A stretch of DNA of 63,421 nt, filler included, from Hyphochytrium catenoides (taxonomy: Eukaryota; Protista; Hyphochytriomycota): the NCBI GenBank assembly GCA_900088475.1. It is 6 parts of 6 records of this genome, joined end to end, with 100 filler letters (N's around TTAATTAATTAA, not from the genome) between each part and the next. Parts side by side here need not be neighbours in the genome. Positions count along the whole stretch, not along the records: positions 48,255 to 55,345 come from FLMG01002603.1; positions 55,446 to 60,832 come from FLMG01000507.1; 4 more parts are not named here. One strand, given 5' to 3'. The notes beneath the pieces are model-generated. The model worked only from the letters and a program-made list of their open reading frames with translations, did not search any database and was not told the origin of the DNA. A program made the position numbers and the translations under genes. Shown here piece by piece: positions 49,870 to 60,932 of the stretch (the first letter of the stretch is position 1; every line of letters begins with the position of its first letter).

Positions 49870-50500
49870 AAAGCCACTCGACACCAGTGACCATGACGAC
49901 GAGAAGCATCCAATGAAGAGCGGATCCCAGTGTAGCTTCACAAGTCTTCCATTTCAGTCCAGGACACGCGGCATGGCTTTCCTCATAGACTCATAAGTTA
50001 GCGGGACAAAGTGCAGCCCCACAGCTTGACAAGAAGCAAGAAAGCTCGCACTCCTTCAACCTGGCTTCTCAGAAAAGCGACCCTGATTGATAGGCTGCAT
50101 CATAAGGAAGAGTTCTGAGTTGCAGCGAATCCCTGACGGACGCATCAAAGGCCGTGTCCTGAGACAAGACGTTGAGAAGAAGCCAATCAAGCTTCTCCAG
50201 GCTTTTGACCGGAGCCCTTCTTCTTGAATAGAAAGAATGAGACACCAGAAGAGGAACGAGCCTTGCGTGGACATCTACCGTCCCCTTGCCACTTTGCTGA
50301 GGCAAGACATAGAAAGGGAGACCGGGCGGGCAGGGCGCCATACATTTGCTAAGAATATTCCCCTTTTTTGAGGCTTGACTGTCGCAAAAGAAAAGATTGT
50401 TGCGGCCGTGCGGAGGGCAGGATTTGGTCTGCTATTAATGGTTTGGGGCTACAAGCTACTGCGGAGTATGTTGTCCTGAGTGTATGGCTGCTCTTCATTT
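49870..50500 (-). mobile_element. Degenerate endonuclease region of a CRE/R2-group non-LTR retrotransposon
   Basis: Minus strand EKLDWLLLNVLSQDTAFDASVRDSLQ...AAYQSG, then ASFLASCQAVGLHFVPLTYES; same motif order as 22990-23860. Confidence 0.6.
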
Positions 50501-51426
50501 CATTGTATGAGCGATCGGCTTTCTTCTTCTTGAAGCATAAGGATAAACGATAGGCGCTACTCCTCACGCTATCATCACCGCGTTCATTGCCTCAAGCTGT
50601 CCATGATAGTACTGCCAAGCGGCCAAGGGCCCACACCACGCCAGGCGCAAGCGCTTGGCCACTAGTACTACTCAGAAGAAGGAATAGGAAGGAGAACCAA
50701 GAAGAGCAAAAAGAAGAGACAACAAGTGCCACAAAGTCATCCTTGGCCTCTTCATCGGCTCTATCTTCCTCTACACTCGCGTTCAGAATAGGAGGAAGAG
50801 TCACCGTTCACTTCCCAGGATTGATAACAGGAGGAGGAGAAGAAGGAGGAAGAGAAGATGAAGCACCGACGACATTGGCATCATCATCATACTTCATCCT
50901 CGACCGGGCAAGCAAGAGCAGCGTCCAGCCGCTGGAGGAGGAGAAGATATACGCTTCATTAGCCTCTGAAGCGCCTTTGCTCTCATGCTGGATAGTCAGC
51001 CAGACGCTGGTATGAAGGCGTAGGAAAGCCCATCACCAGACGGGACCAATGACCAATGACCATGAGGCCATGAGGCCATGATGAGGCCAAGGAGGAGAAG
51101 AAGCATCATGAGCTTTCTATACCCAGCAGATGCCTGACGGCAGCTCTGACGGGCTTGAATAATCAACAGGAGGATGCCTACTACTGATGAAAGACGGGCA
51201 AAGTCCAGCTCGTGGTAGAACTACTGCAGGAGAAGGTTTGCGTGTGTGCTAGCAGTAGTTCTATGGTATAGTTCTAACTACTAACCCGCTCTTTCTCCGT
51301 ATCTTTCTCTGTCTCTTCCCACTGCCCTGCCCTCATCTTGCACCTCTTCTTTCCCTCTCCGTTTCTCTTTCTCTCTCTCTCTCTCCTTATCTCTTTCTCT
51401 CCTTATCTCTCTCTCTCCCCTGTCTC

Positions 51427-51484
<58 letters not shown>

Positions 51485-51489
51485 GTATC

Positions 51490-51712
51490 TTCTTTCCTTT
51501 ATCGCACTCCCCGCCCATCCTCCACACCTCTTATGATCGGTATCGGAAGCCTTTCAGCCTTTCTGTCTCTATATCCGGCTCTACTCTTCTCCAGTCTCTC
51601 TCTCTCTCTCTCTCTCTCTTGTGTCTTCTCTCTTTATCCCACTCTCCGGCCATCTTCCATCACCTCTTATGATCGGTATCGAGAGCCTTTCTGTCTCTCT
51701 ATCCGGCTCTAC
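51490..51712. repeat. Local direct duplication, two ~90-nt copies separated by a (CT)n tract
   Basis: cacctcttatgatcggtatcg...gcctttctgtctct.tatccggctctac appears twice (about 51525-51583 and 51661-51712). Confidence 0.85.
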
Positions 51713-52148
51713 AGCGACCTCACCTGTTGTCGTGTTCCAGGAAGAGACGGCGCCATAATAGTGTAAGAGATAACGCTAAAGGAAGATGTGAACGCGCAAG
51801 AGGTCAGAGAAGAGGAGCGTGCAATGAAACAGAGAGCGGGATGAGGTTAGCGAAGAAGGACAGAGAAAGACACAGAGCTAGAAGGAGCGAGGCAGCACCG
51901 CACTTCTAACAGCAGGACAGGACCTCCAATTTCCGACTCTTCTATCATCAGCTCACTCTCAGAATTGCCTCCTAGAAGTCAACAGCCAGGTTTAGATCCG
52001 CAGCCATCGGACCAGAAAGGCCATTCATCAGACAACAGCCAGTCTTGCCTCTCTTGCTTCCCACGACCTGCGGACGGAAGAAAGAGAAAAAGAAGCGATC
52101 AACTACTGAAAACGTTCCAAGGATCGGTTGTTCTTCCTCTCCGAGAAC

Positions 52149-52946
52149 ATGAGGTTTTCAGCGTTTCTCCTTGGTGTCATCGTCACCGCGGCCCTTCAGT
52201 CTTCTTCGGTGTTCTCTCTCGCTCAAGAAGAGAACGAGTTGGAGAACCATGGAGCTCTGACTGGAGAAGAAAACCTATTGCCAGAGGAAGAGAACGAAGC
52301 TCCTGATGCTCATCACCATCTCCGACGACAAAACGAGACGAGCAGCGGAAGACACCGCAAACTTTATCAACCTACGTGCGGTAGTCCTTGGGGCAGTGTT
52401 GGCCCTTATGCCCGTCAAGGGCGGTGGGGAGTAAAAGGTGATTGTCATCGTCACGCTCTCGACCAGAGGAAAAGCCCTTCTGGATACGTCGAGCTCTCGG
52501 AACATATTTGCTGGGGTCGATACAAAGAGAATTTCTTGGCGCCTGTCATGCGCCAGGGGTGGCATGTCGTGTTTGAGATCAACGATGCCAGAAAGAAGTG
52601 TATCAACATAGCGGGGTCTGACGCGCGCGACATCGATAACCAAGCTTCCTCAGCCTCTTGGCAGTTCGAAGACGTCCATTGTGACGATGTCATTCGGTTC
52701 TATCCTGACGCGAACTGCCAAGGCTCGTACAAGGAGTGGAACGTGGCGTACCCATTCTTCCCAAACAACTTCGTTGTCGATGGCATCAATGATCAGGTGT
52801 CGTCCTTCATGATCGTGAACCGTGGAGACGATAGGACGGAAGGCATGCAGCGGCGGGTCTCTCCGAAGTTCTCCCGCATCAATGAAGGAAATCATCTAAA
52901 GCTTTATCTTAGCGAGATCAGAGGGCAACGAGTGTACTCTGCCTAA
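52149..52946 (+). CDS. Intronless secreted protein with a beta/gamma-crystallin-like domain, 265 aa
   Basis: Signal peptide MRFSAFLLGVIVTAALQSSSVFSLA, acidic pro-region ending RHRKL, then CINI...IDNQASSASW and IRFYPDANCQG...DGINDQVSSFMI (two N/D-N/D-x-x-S-S Greek-key signatures). aataaa overlaps the stop. Confidence 0.8.
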   Translation: MRFSAFLLGVIVTAALQSSSVFSLAQEENELENHGALTGEENLLPEEENEAPDAHHHLRRQNETSSGRHRKLYQPTCGSPWGSVGPYARQGRWGVKGDCHRHALDQRKSPSGYVELSEHICWGRYKENFLAPVMRQGWHVVFEINDARKKCINIAGSDARDIDNQASSASWQFEDVHCDDVIRFYPDANCQGSYKEWNVAYPFFPNNFVVDGINDQVSSFMIVNRGDDRTEGMQRRVSPKFSRINEGNHLKLYLSEIRGQRVYSA

Positions 52947-55588
52947 TAAAGAAGAGGACTTCTTTCATTTCTTTGTCTTAGCCCTTAATGATGTCCGGAG
53001 AACTCTATCGAAGTGTTCGAGCGAGTAGACACCACGGAGGGATAGCTTGAGACGGACGGATGGTTATCTTCCCTAAGCTCAAGCTGTTTACTTCTTACGC
53101 TCTCCTCGTTTCCTCTCCTCTGACCGTACATTCTTCAAGACAGACATATTCTCTTCTCTCTCTCTCTGTTGCGGTTCTTTTCTTTTTTCTCGGCGGCGCC
53201 TGCATCCGATCTCTCTTCTATCGCATAGCACCAGCTCTAGTCATCGCCAGCATTGATTGGAAGCATTGCTCTTCTTCTCGTTCGTAGACTGATGAGTAGA
53301 CATCGGGTCAGTACTTTTCAGGCTCTAGTCTGACGACCTAAAGCAATCGCCAAACGAGACAGACCACTGACCAAGATGCACGGCGGTCCCGACCGAGAAG
53401 CATCATATGAATAAGTAGCGGTGACATTAACGCCTCGCATGCCGCTGCCCGCAATCATCAAGGACATGAGACATAGCTCCTCCTCCCAAGGACTCCCAAA
53501 CGAGCCTGGCCAAACTGCAGCCCCACACCAGCCTACAGCTTGAACTTACTCAGACAAACAACCTTAATAGGCGGCTTGGTGGTGGGCTGCTGGACAGACT
53601 CAGTAAAGAAGAGCTCTGAACTGCAGCACGCAGCGAGACTATGAGTGTTGATGAGGAAAGATACTCTCTTTCTTGTTCCTTTCTGCTCTCTTCATCATTG
53701 CATGTGTCTAGGACAGCCTCTTGCTTCAATCCTCTCTTGCATGTTACGACTTCCTATCTTTGCATTATCAGATAAAGTGACTCTCCCACCAAGGAGGGAG
53801 ACTCTTCCCTAACCCTCTATATGTCAGTTCATAAACTTCTATCTGATCTGAAGGTTTACTTGCGCGCGTTCCCGCGAAGTCTTCCTCCTCGTTCGCGGTG
53901 CTTGTCCGGACGGCGGCCTCGCCAGCCAAGCTGCAGAAAATCACTTCTCACTCGTCCTTCCAGACCCGTCCTTGGTCTCTACCATGACAGCCATGTGCAT
54001 CTTGAGCTCGAGGACGTTGCCAGATGGAAGTGGATTCACCTGTTCGGGATGCAGGTGCGATCCGCAGATAGAAGAGCCTCACTTCCTCGACGACGTCTTG
54101 GCAACAAGTCAAAGCCGTCGACTTTGATGATGTTATTAAGCGTTCAATCGTATGGGAAACTGGCACGGATCTTGCAAGGAGTGGAACGTCACGTTCAGAG
54201 ACTTCCTCAACAACTCTTCATGGACCAGGGCATCCACGGTAGCATCTTCTCCCTTCTTCATGATCATGACCCGTCAGGACAAGCGTGCTGAAGATGTTAC
54301 ATAGGTTTGTCCTACTTTCTCTCATCTCAATGTAGGAGACAAGCATAGAGACTATCTTACCACCTATGACGAAGGGCAATCAGCATCAGGTTGCCAAATA
54401 AACAGGGACAGGCATCTTGATCTCAGGCCTTCGACGCCAGAGAACGATGCAAACAAAGGAAGATGGCGATCTACAGTTCCCTAGAAACATGGGAGGATGT
54501 GCTTCAGCCTTGCCTTGTGAGATGCTACGGAGGATCTTATTAACCTCAGAGCTCGAAAGGCTTGTAGACTTCGCCGGCAACAATAGAAAGAGAAGATTCT
54601 CAAAGCCAGGGACGCAACGAGGAAGGAAGGTCCAAATCAACGCACGCTGTTCGTCTTCTCTTCCTCTTCGTTTGCCATTATTTGGGCCGTCTAATCAACC
54701 TTGCCTCCTCTTGACTTCATCTTTCTGGTGCGCTGTTCCTTCCGCCACTTTCTTTCTTGCCGTTGGCCACGGCTGGCACGATGGTAGGGACAAGAGAGAG
54801 GATTGGCTGCTGGAGAGAGAAACAGCGAGAGAAAGAGAGAGAGAGANNNNNNNNNNNNNNNNNNNNNNNNNNNNNNNNNNNNNNNNNNNNNNNNNNNGAG
54901 AGAAAAGGAGGCTGAGATGGATCCGTTGAATGTTCCCCTCCCCTTCGGGGCAACAAGCAGCGTACTACTGTTTGGAACAACCGTTGGGCTTCAACTCCAA
55001 GCCATTATAATCCTGCAGAGAAGATCTGGATGCGCTGACACAATAGTAGAATAGCAGTCCACTTTGTCTTCTCTTGTCCACTCTTCTTGTCACAGAGAGA
55101 CAGATGCTTTGCTTCCCTTTTCTAATTATCTTGTCTCTCCCAATTTTCTGGGTCCTCTCTTCTTCTATCTCTCTGTCTCTTTCTTCCTCTGCCTTAGATG
55201 TCACTCTAACTCAACCCCTATCTGTTCCTTGCTCTCTCGGTCTCTCTTCTCTCTCTCCTCGCGCCCGCCCTCTTTCTGTCTCTCTCTCTGTCACTTCTCT
55301 CCCTCTCTCTCTCTTGTTCTCTCTCTCTCTCTCTCTCTCTCTCTCNNNNNNNNNNNNNNNNNNNNNNNNNNNNNNNNNNNNNNNNNNNNTTAATTAATTA
55401 ANNNNNNNNNNNNNNNNNNNNNNNNNNNNNNNNNNNNNNNNNNNNTAACGACAAGCTAACGACTCCGCTGTCTCCTCTCTATTAAGAGCCCGTTACGACT
55501 CTTATATTACAACACCCTTGTACACACGACGAGTGTACTAGCGCTTTTAGGACACCCCTGGCCAAGCGACAGTGTACTCACACCAGTG

Positions 55589-58500
55589 TTGACTGTTTCT
55601 GCTGCGCCGAATAGGTGCAGTCAGCTGTGCCTCCCCTCTCCGTTGCCGCTGTGTCTAAGTCTGGGCAGGCGGCAGAGGCTGAGGCTGACCGAGCAAATCT
55701 GAGACCGAGGCCCGAGGTCAGCCCCATCCTCTACCGCGCCAGGAAAACCTAATATCCCCCCCGGATATTCAACCAACGCCCTCACCTGTACATCTGTACA
55801 TAACAAGAACCAAAGGCTGATCACGCCAGGAATACAAGACCAGCACTCCCTTTCCCCCTGGAAGGAGTCAACCGTGACCAGTCCCCTTTACGGGCAAGTA
55901 GAGGGCGCCCACCAATTGCAGAATCATCACACCACCTTCCATCATCTTTCATGCTGCCAGCCTTTGGGTGTGCGTTGGGGGAGGGGGGGGTCGTTCGAAC
56001 CTGAGATCTCTGCTGGTCACATCCTGCCCCGTCTACTTTAGATATATCCAGTTGAGACACCACTGCCCGGCCTCAAGTAGTATTGCTGCCCATCAGCAAT
56101 GAATCAGGCTGATTCGCTCGCTCGTTTTCTAAAGAGAGGGAGAAGAGAGTTCGCGACGCCGGGATAAGCTTCACTACTACGGACGGCTGCTCTTCTTCAG
56201 CTCAAAGATCGACAGTTGCTGAAGTTGACTGATGATGATAGGCCCCAAAGCGGATGAACAGGAGATTAACTTCACTTTCCTTGTTGCCAATTCAACGCTG
56301 CTGATGCGCTCGTTTTTCGCTGGACTCGGTCGATACTCTGTGCATCTGCTGTTTGAAGAAGGATACCTCCTATTCCCGTTGGTTCTACTGTCCGTCCGTC
56401 AGTCATGGCAGCTTGGCGGTTGACTCTTTGTCCCTACGTCTTTCACACAGACGCCTATCTCTTTCCCGTTCAGGTAGGAGCTGAGCTGCCATCATTCTGT
56501 GCGCTGTACCGCACTGAAAAGAGGGTAACCTACAGCAGCCTGTGCACTAGGAAGTCTGATGCTTGTGGTACCTTAGCACGTTTTCATCCATCGGGTGCTG
56601 GATCCTGGTGAGATGTTGAAAGAACGCCGACAGATGTCCAACAACGCGTCGAACTCCTTCTTTCATCACGCGAGGAGCAGCTCTTGTTGTCTTCATTAAG
56701 GGTTAGGGCTCAACTCTATCAGACTAGCTCTCGCTCTCTTTTTTGTCTACTTGTCTCTCTCTCTATCTAGTCCTCTCTTATTTTGTCTTGCCCTCTCTCT
56801 CCTTTGTCCCTAAGCACCCCTCGCTCATGCTCGTCCTTATATTGTCTATAGAAAGAGTTTCGTCTTTTTACCCATGAGTACCCGTCTGACTTCTCTGACA
56901 TGATGACAGCTGCCGTCTCCTTCTGCTCTACTACCATCACGCTCTCAACAATTTGTTCTTTCTCTATAATCACCCTTCCTCTCTCCCTTTCCCTTATGCT
57001 GTCATCTATCGCTACTGCTTTTACTTCAAGAGTCATCCTGTGCTATCTTATAATGGACATCTCATTTTCAAAGCTTTTGCTATCACACCGAGTCGCGATT
57101 ACATGCTCTGTGGCCTTTTCATCCTCTAAGTCCTTTACTTTATACTTGGTGATGCCTTACCTACACTTCTTTTCCAGGCCGCTCTGCTCTTCGTACTGCC
57201 CCACTCTTTCTTCTTCTCTCTTTCATTCCCTGCTGAGTAGAACTATTTCTCTTTTCACCTTGTGCTTATACCAACCGTGCTACGCCCCCTCTTTATTTGT
57301 TGGTTCTAGCGGATTAGGGAGCAAAGGACTACTTAATGGACCATAAAAGCGTTCCGCTTAATATGTCTTCTTCCTGGTGCCAACCTTTTCACCGGCACAC
57401 TTTTCACTTCTCCTCGTCAATCATTGCTCTCTCCGTCTCTCTCTTTACGAAATTCAGATGACAAAGCTGGAGTCAAGAGAAGAGATTTTTAGAATAAAAG
57501 TCGTGGTGGGCAAGCCTTCCTTACACGACTTGCAGTTGAGCCGGCCTAAATGATGATTACCCGCTGTAGGTGTATAGGTCAAGAAATAGAGAAGTTGATA
57601 CTCAATGCCCAGGTGGATTTAACGTGAGCAGCACAAGGGTACTTAACGTGAGCAAGGAAAGGAGGAGGAAAATGTTAACGTTTAAAGCACCAGCAGGGCT
57701 ACAGTGGAGGCGAGTCGCAGAAATTAAAATAGAACGGAGAGTAAAATTGACAGACACAGCAGTTAGAAAGAGCACCAGCAGACACAAAAAGAGCTCGAAA
57801 GGGACAGAGGAAAGGGAGAATTGAAAAGTTAAGCAGGAACGGAGAGGGTGTGAAGCGCACAAAAGGACAGACAAGATAATATGAGAGGAGTAATGGGGGG
57901 AACTAGATTGAGGAAGGGGAAAGGGAATGAAAGTAGTCGCTGAGGGCGAAGAGAAGAAAAGGAAGCCGAGAAGGAAGAGAAAAGCTTGTAAAGAGATGAA
58001 AGGAGATTGAAAGAGCGAAAACATAAAGACGGGGAAGGAGACGCAGGGCGCTTAAGAAAACTGTGGCGAGAGGGGGAAAGAGTGAAAGGAAAGAGAGGAG
58101 AGGAAACGTGCTAAGAAGAGAAGAAAAAAGAAAACGAATATGAAGGACAGTAGATAGAAGAGGCGGGAGGGAAGAGAAGAGTAGTAAAACGAGTAGAAGG
58201 AAAGCCAAAGGGTTAGAGCGACCTGAGGGACGGGTATAGTATGCAGAGATTAACGAAAAGCGAGCACTTGGTAGAAGCNNNNNNNNNNNNNNNNNNNNNN
58301 NNTGACACAAAAAACCTACATTCTCATGGTTGCTCTCTCTTTTGCCTCTTGTCGGTATAGATAGCGTCCCGTCCATCTTCTTCCGCTTGGGTAGCTAATT
58401 TCCTTCTGCTCACCCGGATGACGTGGCAGAGCATGCAAATGAAGATAAGCCTCTGGCTGCTGGGGGATCAAAGTGGCGCTTGACAATACTAGCCTGGGAG

Positions 58501-60300
58501 CTCTCCTTGCCGCCTAGCTGGGTCAAGCGGGAGGAGGCTCTTGGCCTTGACTGCTTCTGCTGCGCTGCATAGGTGCAGTCCGCAGTGCCTCCCTTCTCCA
58601 CCTGTGTCTAGGTTCTGGGCAGGCGGCAGAGGCTGAGGCTGACCGAGAGACTGATGAGGCGCGAGGTCAACCCCAAACTTTAACCGCGCCAGGAAAACCT
58701 AATAACCCCCGGTTATTAAACCAACTAGTGGGAGAGGATATTAGTGCTGAAGAACAGACGGAGTAGATAGAGGAAGGGATGAAGAGTCGACTAAAGAGAA
58801 GCGTAACACGGCTGCCATATGAGTATTGGAGGGGAGAAGAGAGAGATTAACTCAATAGGCTATCCTAAGAGCATGCAAAGAGGAAGAGAGTCTTTTCTAG
58901 TCAGGACTATCCCTTCTGAAGGTGCTCTTGAAGAATGGGGTCCGACCACCCCTTACACCATCTGATCCTCATGCAGCGCTCGATTGCAGCGCTCGATCAG
59001 GTGCTCAGTAGTTGCCGGAGGTAGTAGACAAATCACAGTTCGCCTGTGCAGATTTAGAGGGCTCTCGCTCCCCGCGGCTGGCCTCCTAAAGCGGACGTAG
59101 GGTTGACCTGGAGATAAAACAGTACAGGTAGTAGTAGGTCAGAGGAGAAGAGCTTTCTTCGTGTTCTGATTAATCACCAAATCACTAGCCAGCAGTCAGT
59201 GGCCAACAACGGACGGGGGGTCGCTGGAGGAGGTCGATTAATGGCATACATTGATCGTTGGATCTGGATCATCCCTCCTGTACCATGCCGCTGTATCGTC
59301 CACTAGTGATGATGAGACCAAGTTACCTTTATTCTTTACTGCTTATCCGCGGGACGTCGTGACAAGCGCACAAGGTATGTAGAAGCCTCTGACTGGGCGG
59401 GGTTTACAGCGGGGCTTGACTTTACTGGCCTGAAAAGCTCTCCTTGTCGTCGCTTGGCTAGATCAAACGCTAGGAGGCTCCTGGCCCCGGCGGATAAGCA
59501 TTTGGCCAATGCCCGTGCTAAAGAACTACCCTAACGAAGGTAGAATATCCGGGGAGGGATATTAGGTTCTCCTGGCGCGGTTAGAGAATGGGCTGACCTT
59601 GATCTTGACTCTCAGATTTGCTCGGTCGGCCTCCCCTAGACACAGCGGCAGCATATAGAGGAGGCACAGCGGGCAACCGTCCGCCCACCCGTCGTTGGAA
59701 GTAGGTAAGGAGATAGTGTAACTGCTAGGTATGTATTGGGATGGGAAGGACTAGGTACCTATCCTTAGTTCTCCGTTGTTAGCCAGCGATAATCAGCGAG
59801 GCGGACACGGCTATTTTAGTACTACTGATGGGCCAAGAGCCTCCTTTCGCTTGACCCAGCCAGGCGACAAGGAAACGCTACCAGAGGCTAAGCCTATTAG
59901 ACTCCGTGTGATGCCCCAGCCAGAGGCTATACATCTTTATGCTCTGTCAACGACATCCGGGTGAGCATAAGGAAACCGACGAAGAACTAAGTGATAAGTA
60001 AATGCTGCCGCCCCCACCCAAAAAGCTATCGGCGCTATCACCTGTCTAACGAGGTACATATAATGTACTGATAGCATAGGTCCAATGCCAGTGGTGCGCG
60101 GCTGGCTGGCGGTTGACTGCTCTGCGGCACCTAACTGCATGGATAGGTCTAGTCGGCGGTGCCTCCCCTTACCTTTGCCGTTGTCCCCAAGTCCTTTGGA
60201 GGGGGGGGGGAGGAGAGGAAAGGTTGGAGCTGGCCGCCAAGCAAGATGGAGAGCTCTAATATCCTCTAATTGCGCCAGAAAACCATAGATCCCGGGGAGA
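55589..60300. mobile_element. Cluster of candidate non-autonomous Helitron-like fragments in both orientations
   Basis: Module B at 55589-55777 (+), 58547-58728 (+), ~59540-59672 (-) and ~60113-60290 (+, diverged). Module A at ~58410-58546 (+), ~59347-59488 (+) and ~59830-59965 (-). The 58547 copy ends hairpin-CTAG-T. Confidence 0.6.
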
Positions 60301-60932
60301 CTTTACCACGTGTGAGAACAATACTTCGCCCGAGCTCAAGAAATAAGGACTTTGTCCTCTCAGGAGACGAACAAGATCATACGAAAGCTAGGTGTAGAGA
60401 GCCTCCTCATTCTATTTATTGGCAAGGACAGTATCTCTCAGGGTGACAGCTAGAGGCCCGGGATCATTTAGAATGGGGCGACTACACTATACTTTTAGCG
60501 GCNNNNNNNNNNNNNNNNNNNNNNNNNNNNNNNNNNNNNNNNNNNGTTAGCTTAGTGGGAAGGGACAGCCAGCCCTCAGCATCAGTGGCCACTGGCTATG
60601 TCACACAGCCCCCAGGCACCGGAACGCCACCTGCTCCGCCTTTCTCGCTGTCTCTCAGCTAATAAAGTGACCAGTGAGCCTGCTCCAGCGACGTACTCTA
60701 TTTATTCTCTTCATTATCCCGAAAAGTGAAGATAATAAAGCGCATTGGGGACTCATCGGAGCAAGTGCCGCTGTCTAGCGGGGGCTGGCGCTGGTGTGGG
60801 TCTTGGCGTTGGGGCTGGTGTGGTCCTTGGGGNNNNNNNNNNNNNNNNNNNNNNNNNNNNNNNNNNNNNNNNNNNNTTAATTAATTAANNNNNNNNNNNN
60901 NNNNNNNNNNNNNNNNNNNNNNNNNNNNNNNN

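Noticed and set aside
53821-54640. High-complexity stretch that might be another retroelement relic
   Set aside because: No diagnostic motif could be read in any frame, so it is left unannotated.
218-58400. Hundreds of ORFs rich in SLSLSL, ERERER or poly-K
   Set aside because: Translations of (CT)n, (GA)n and (CTT)n microsatellites in introns and intergenic DNA.
58650-58700. Hammerhead-ribozyme-like CTGATGA-GGCGCG...CGCGCC-ag-GAAA
   Set aside because: Two extra bases precede GAAA, I found no convincing stems I and III, and the CUGANGA core is absent from the other copies of the repeat.
23882-60932. Recurrent palindrome TTAATTAATTAA flanked by Ns (five copies)
   Set aside because: Exactly 100-nt artificial joins with stops in all frames. 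The complete contigs fall in descending length, so adjacency across them carries no biological meaning.
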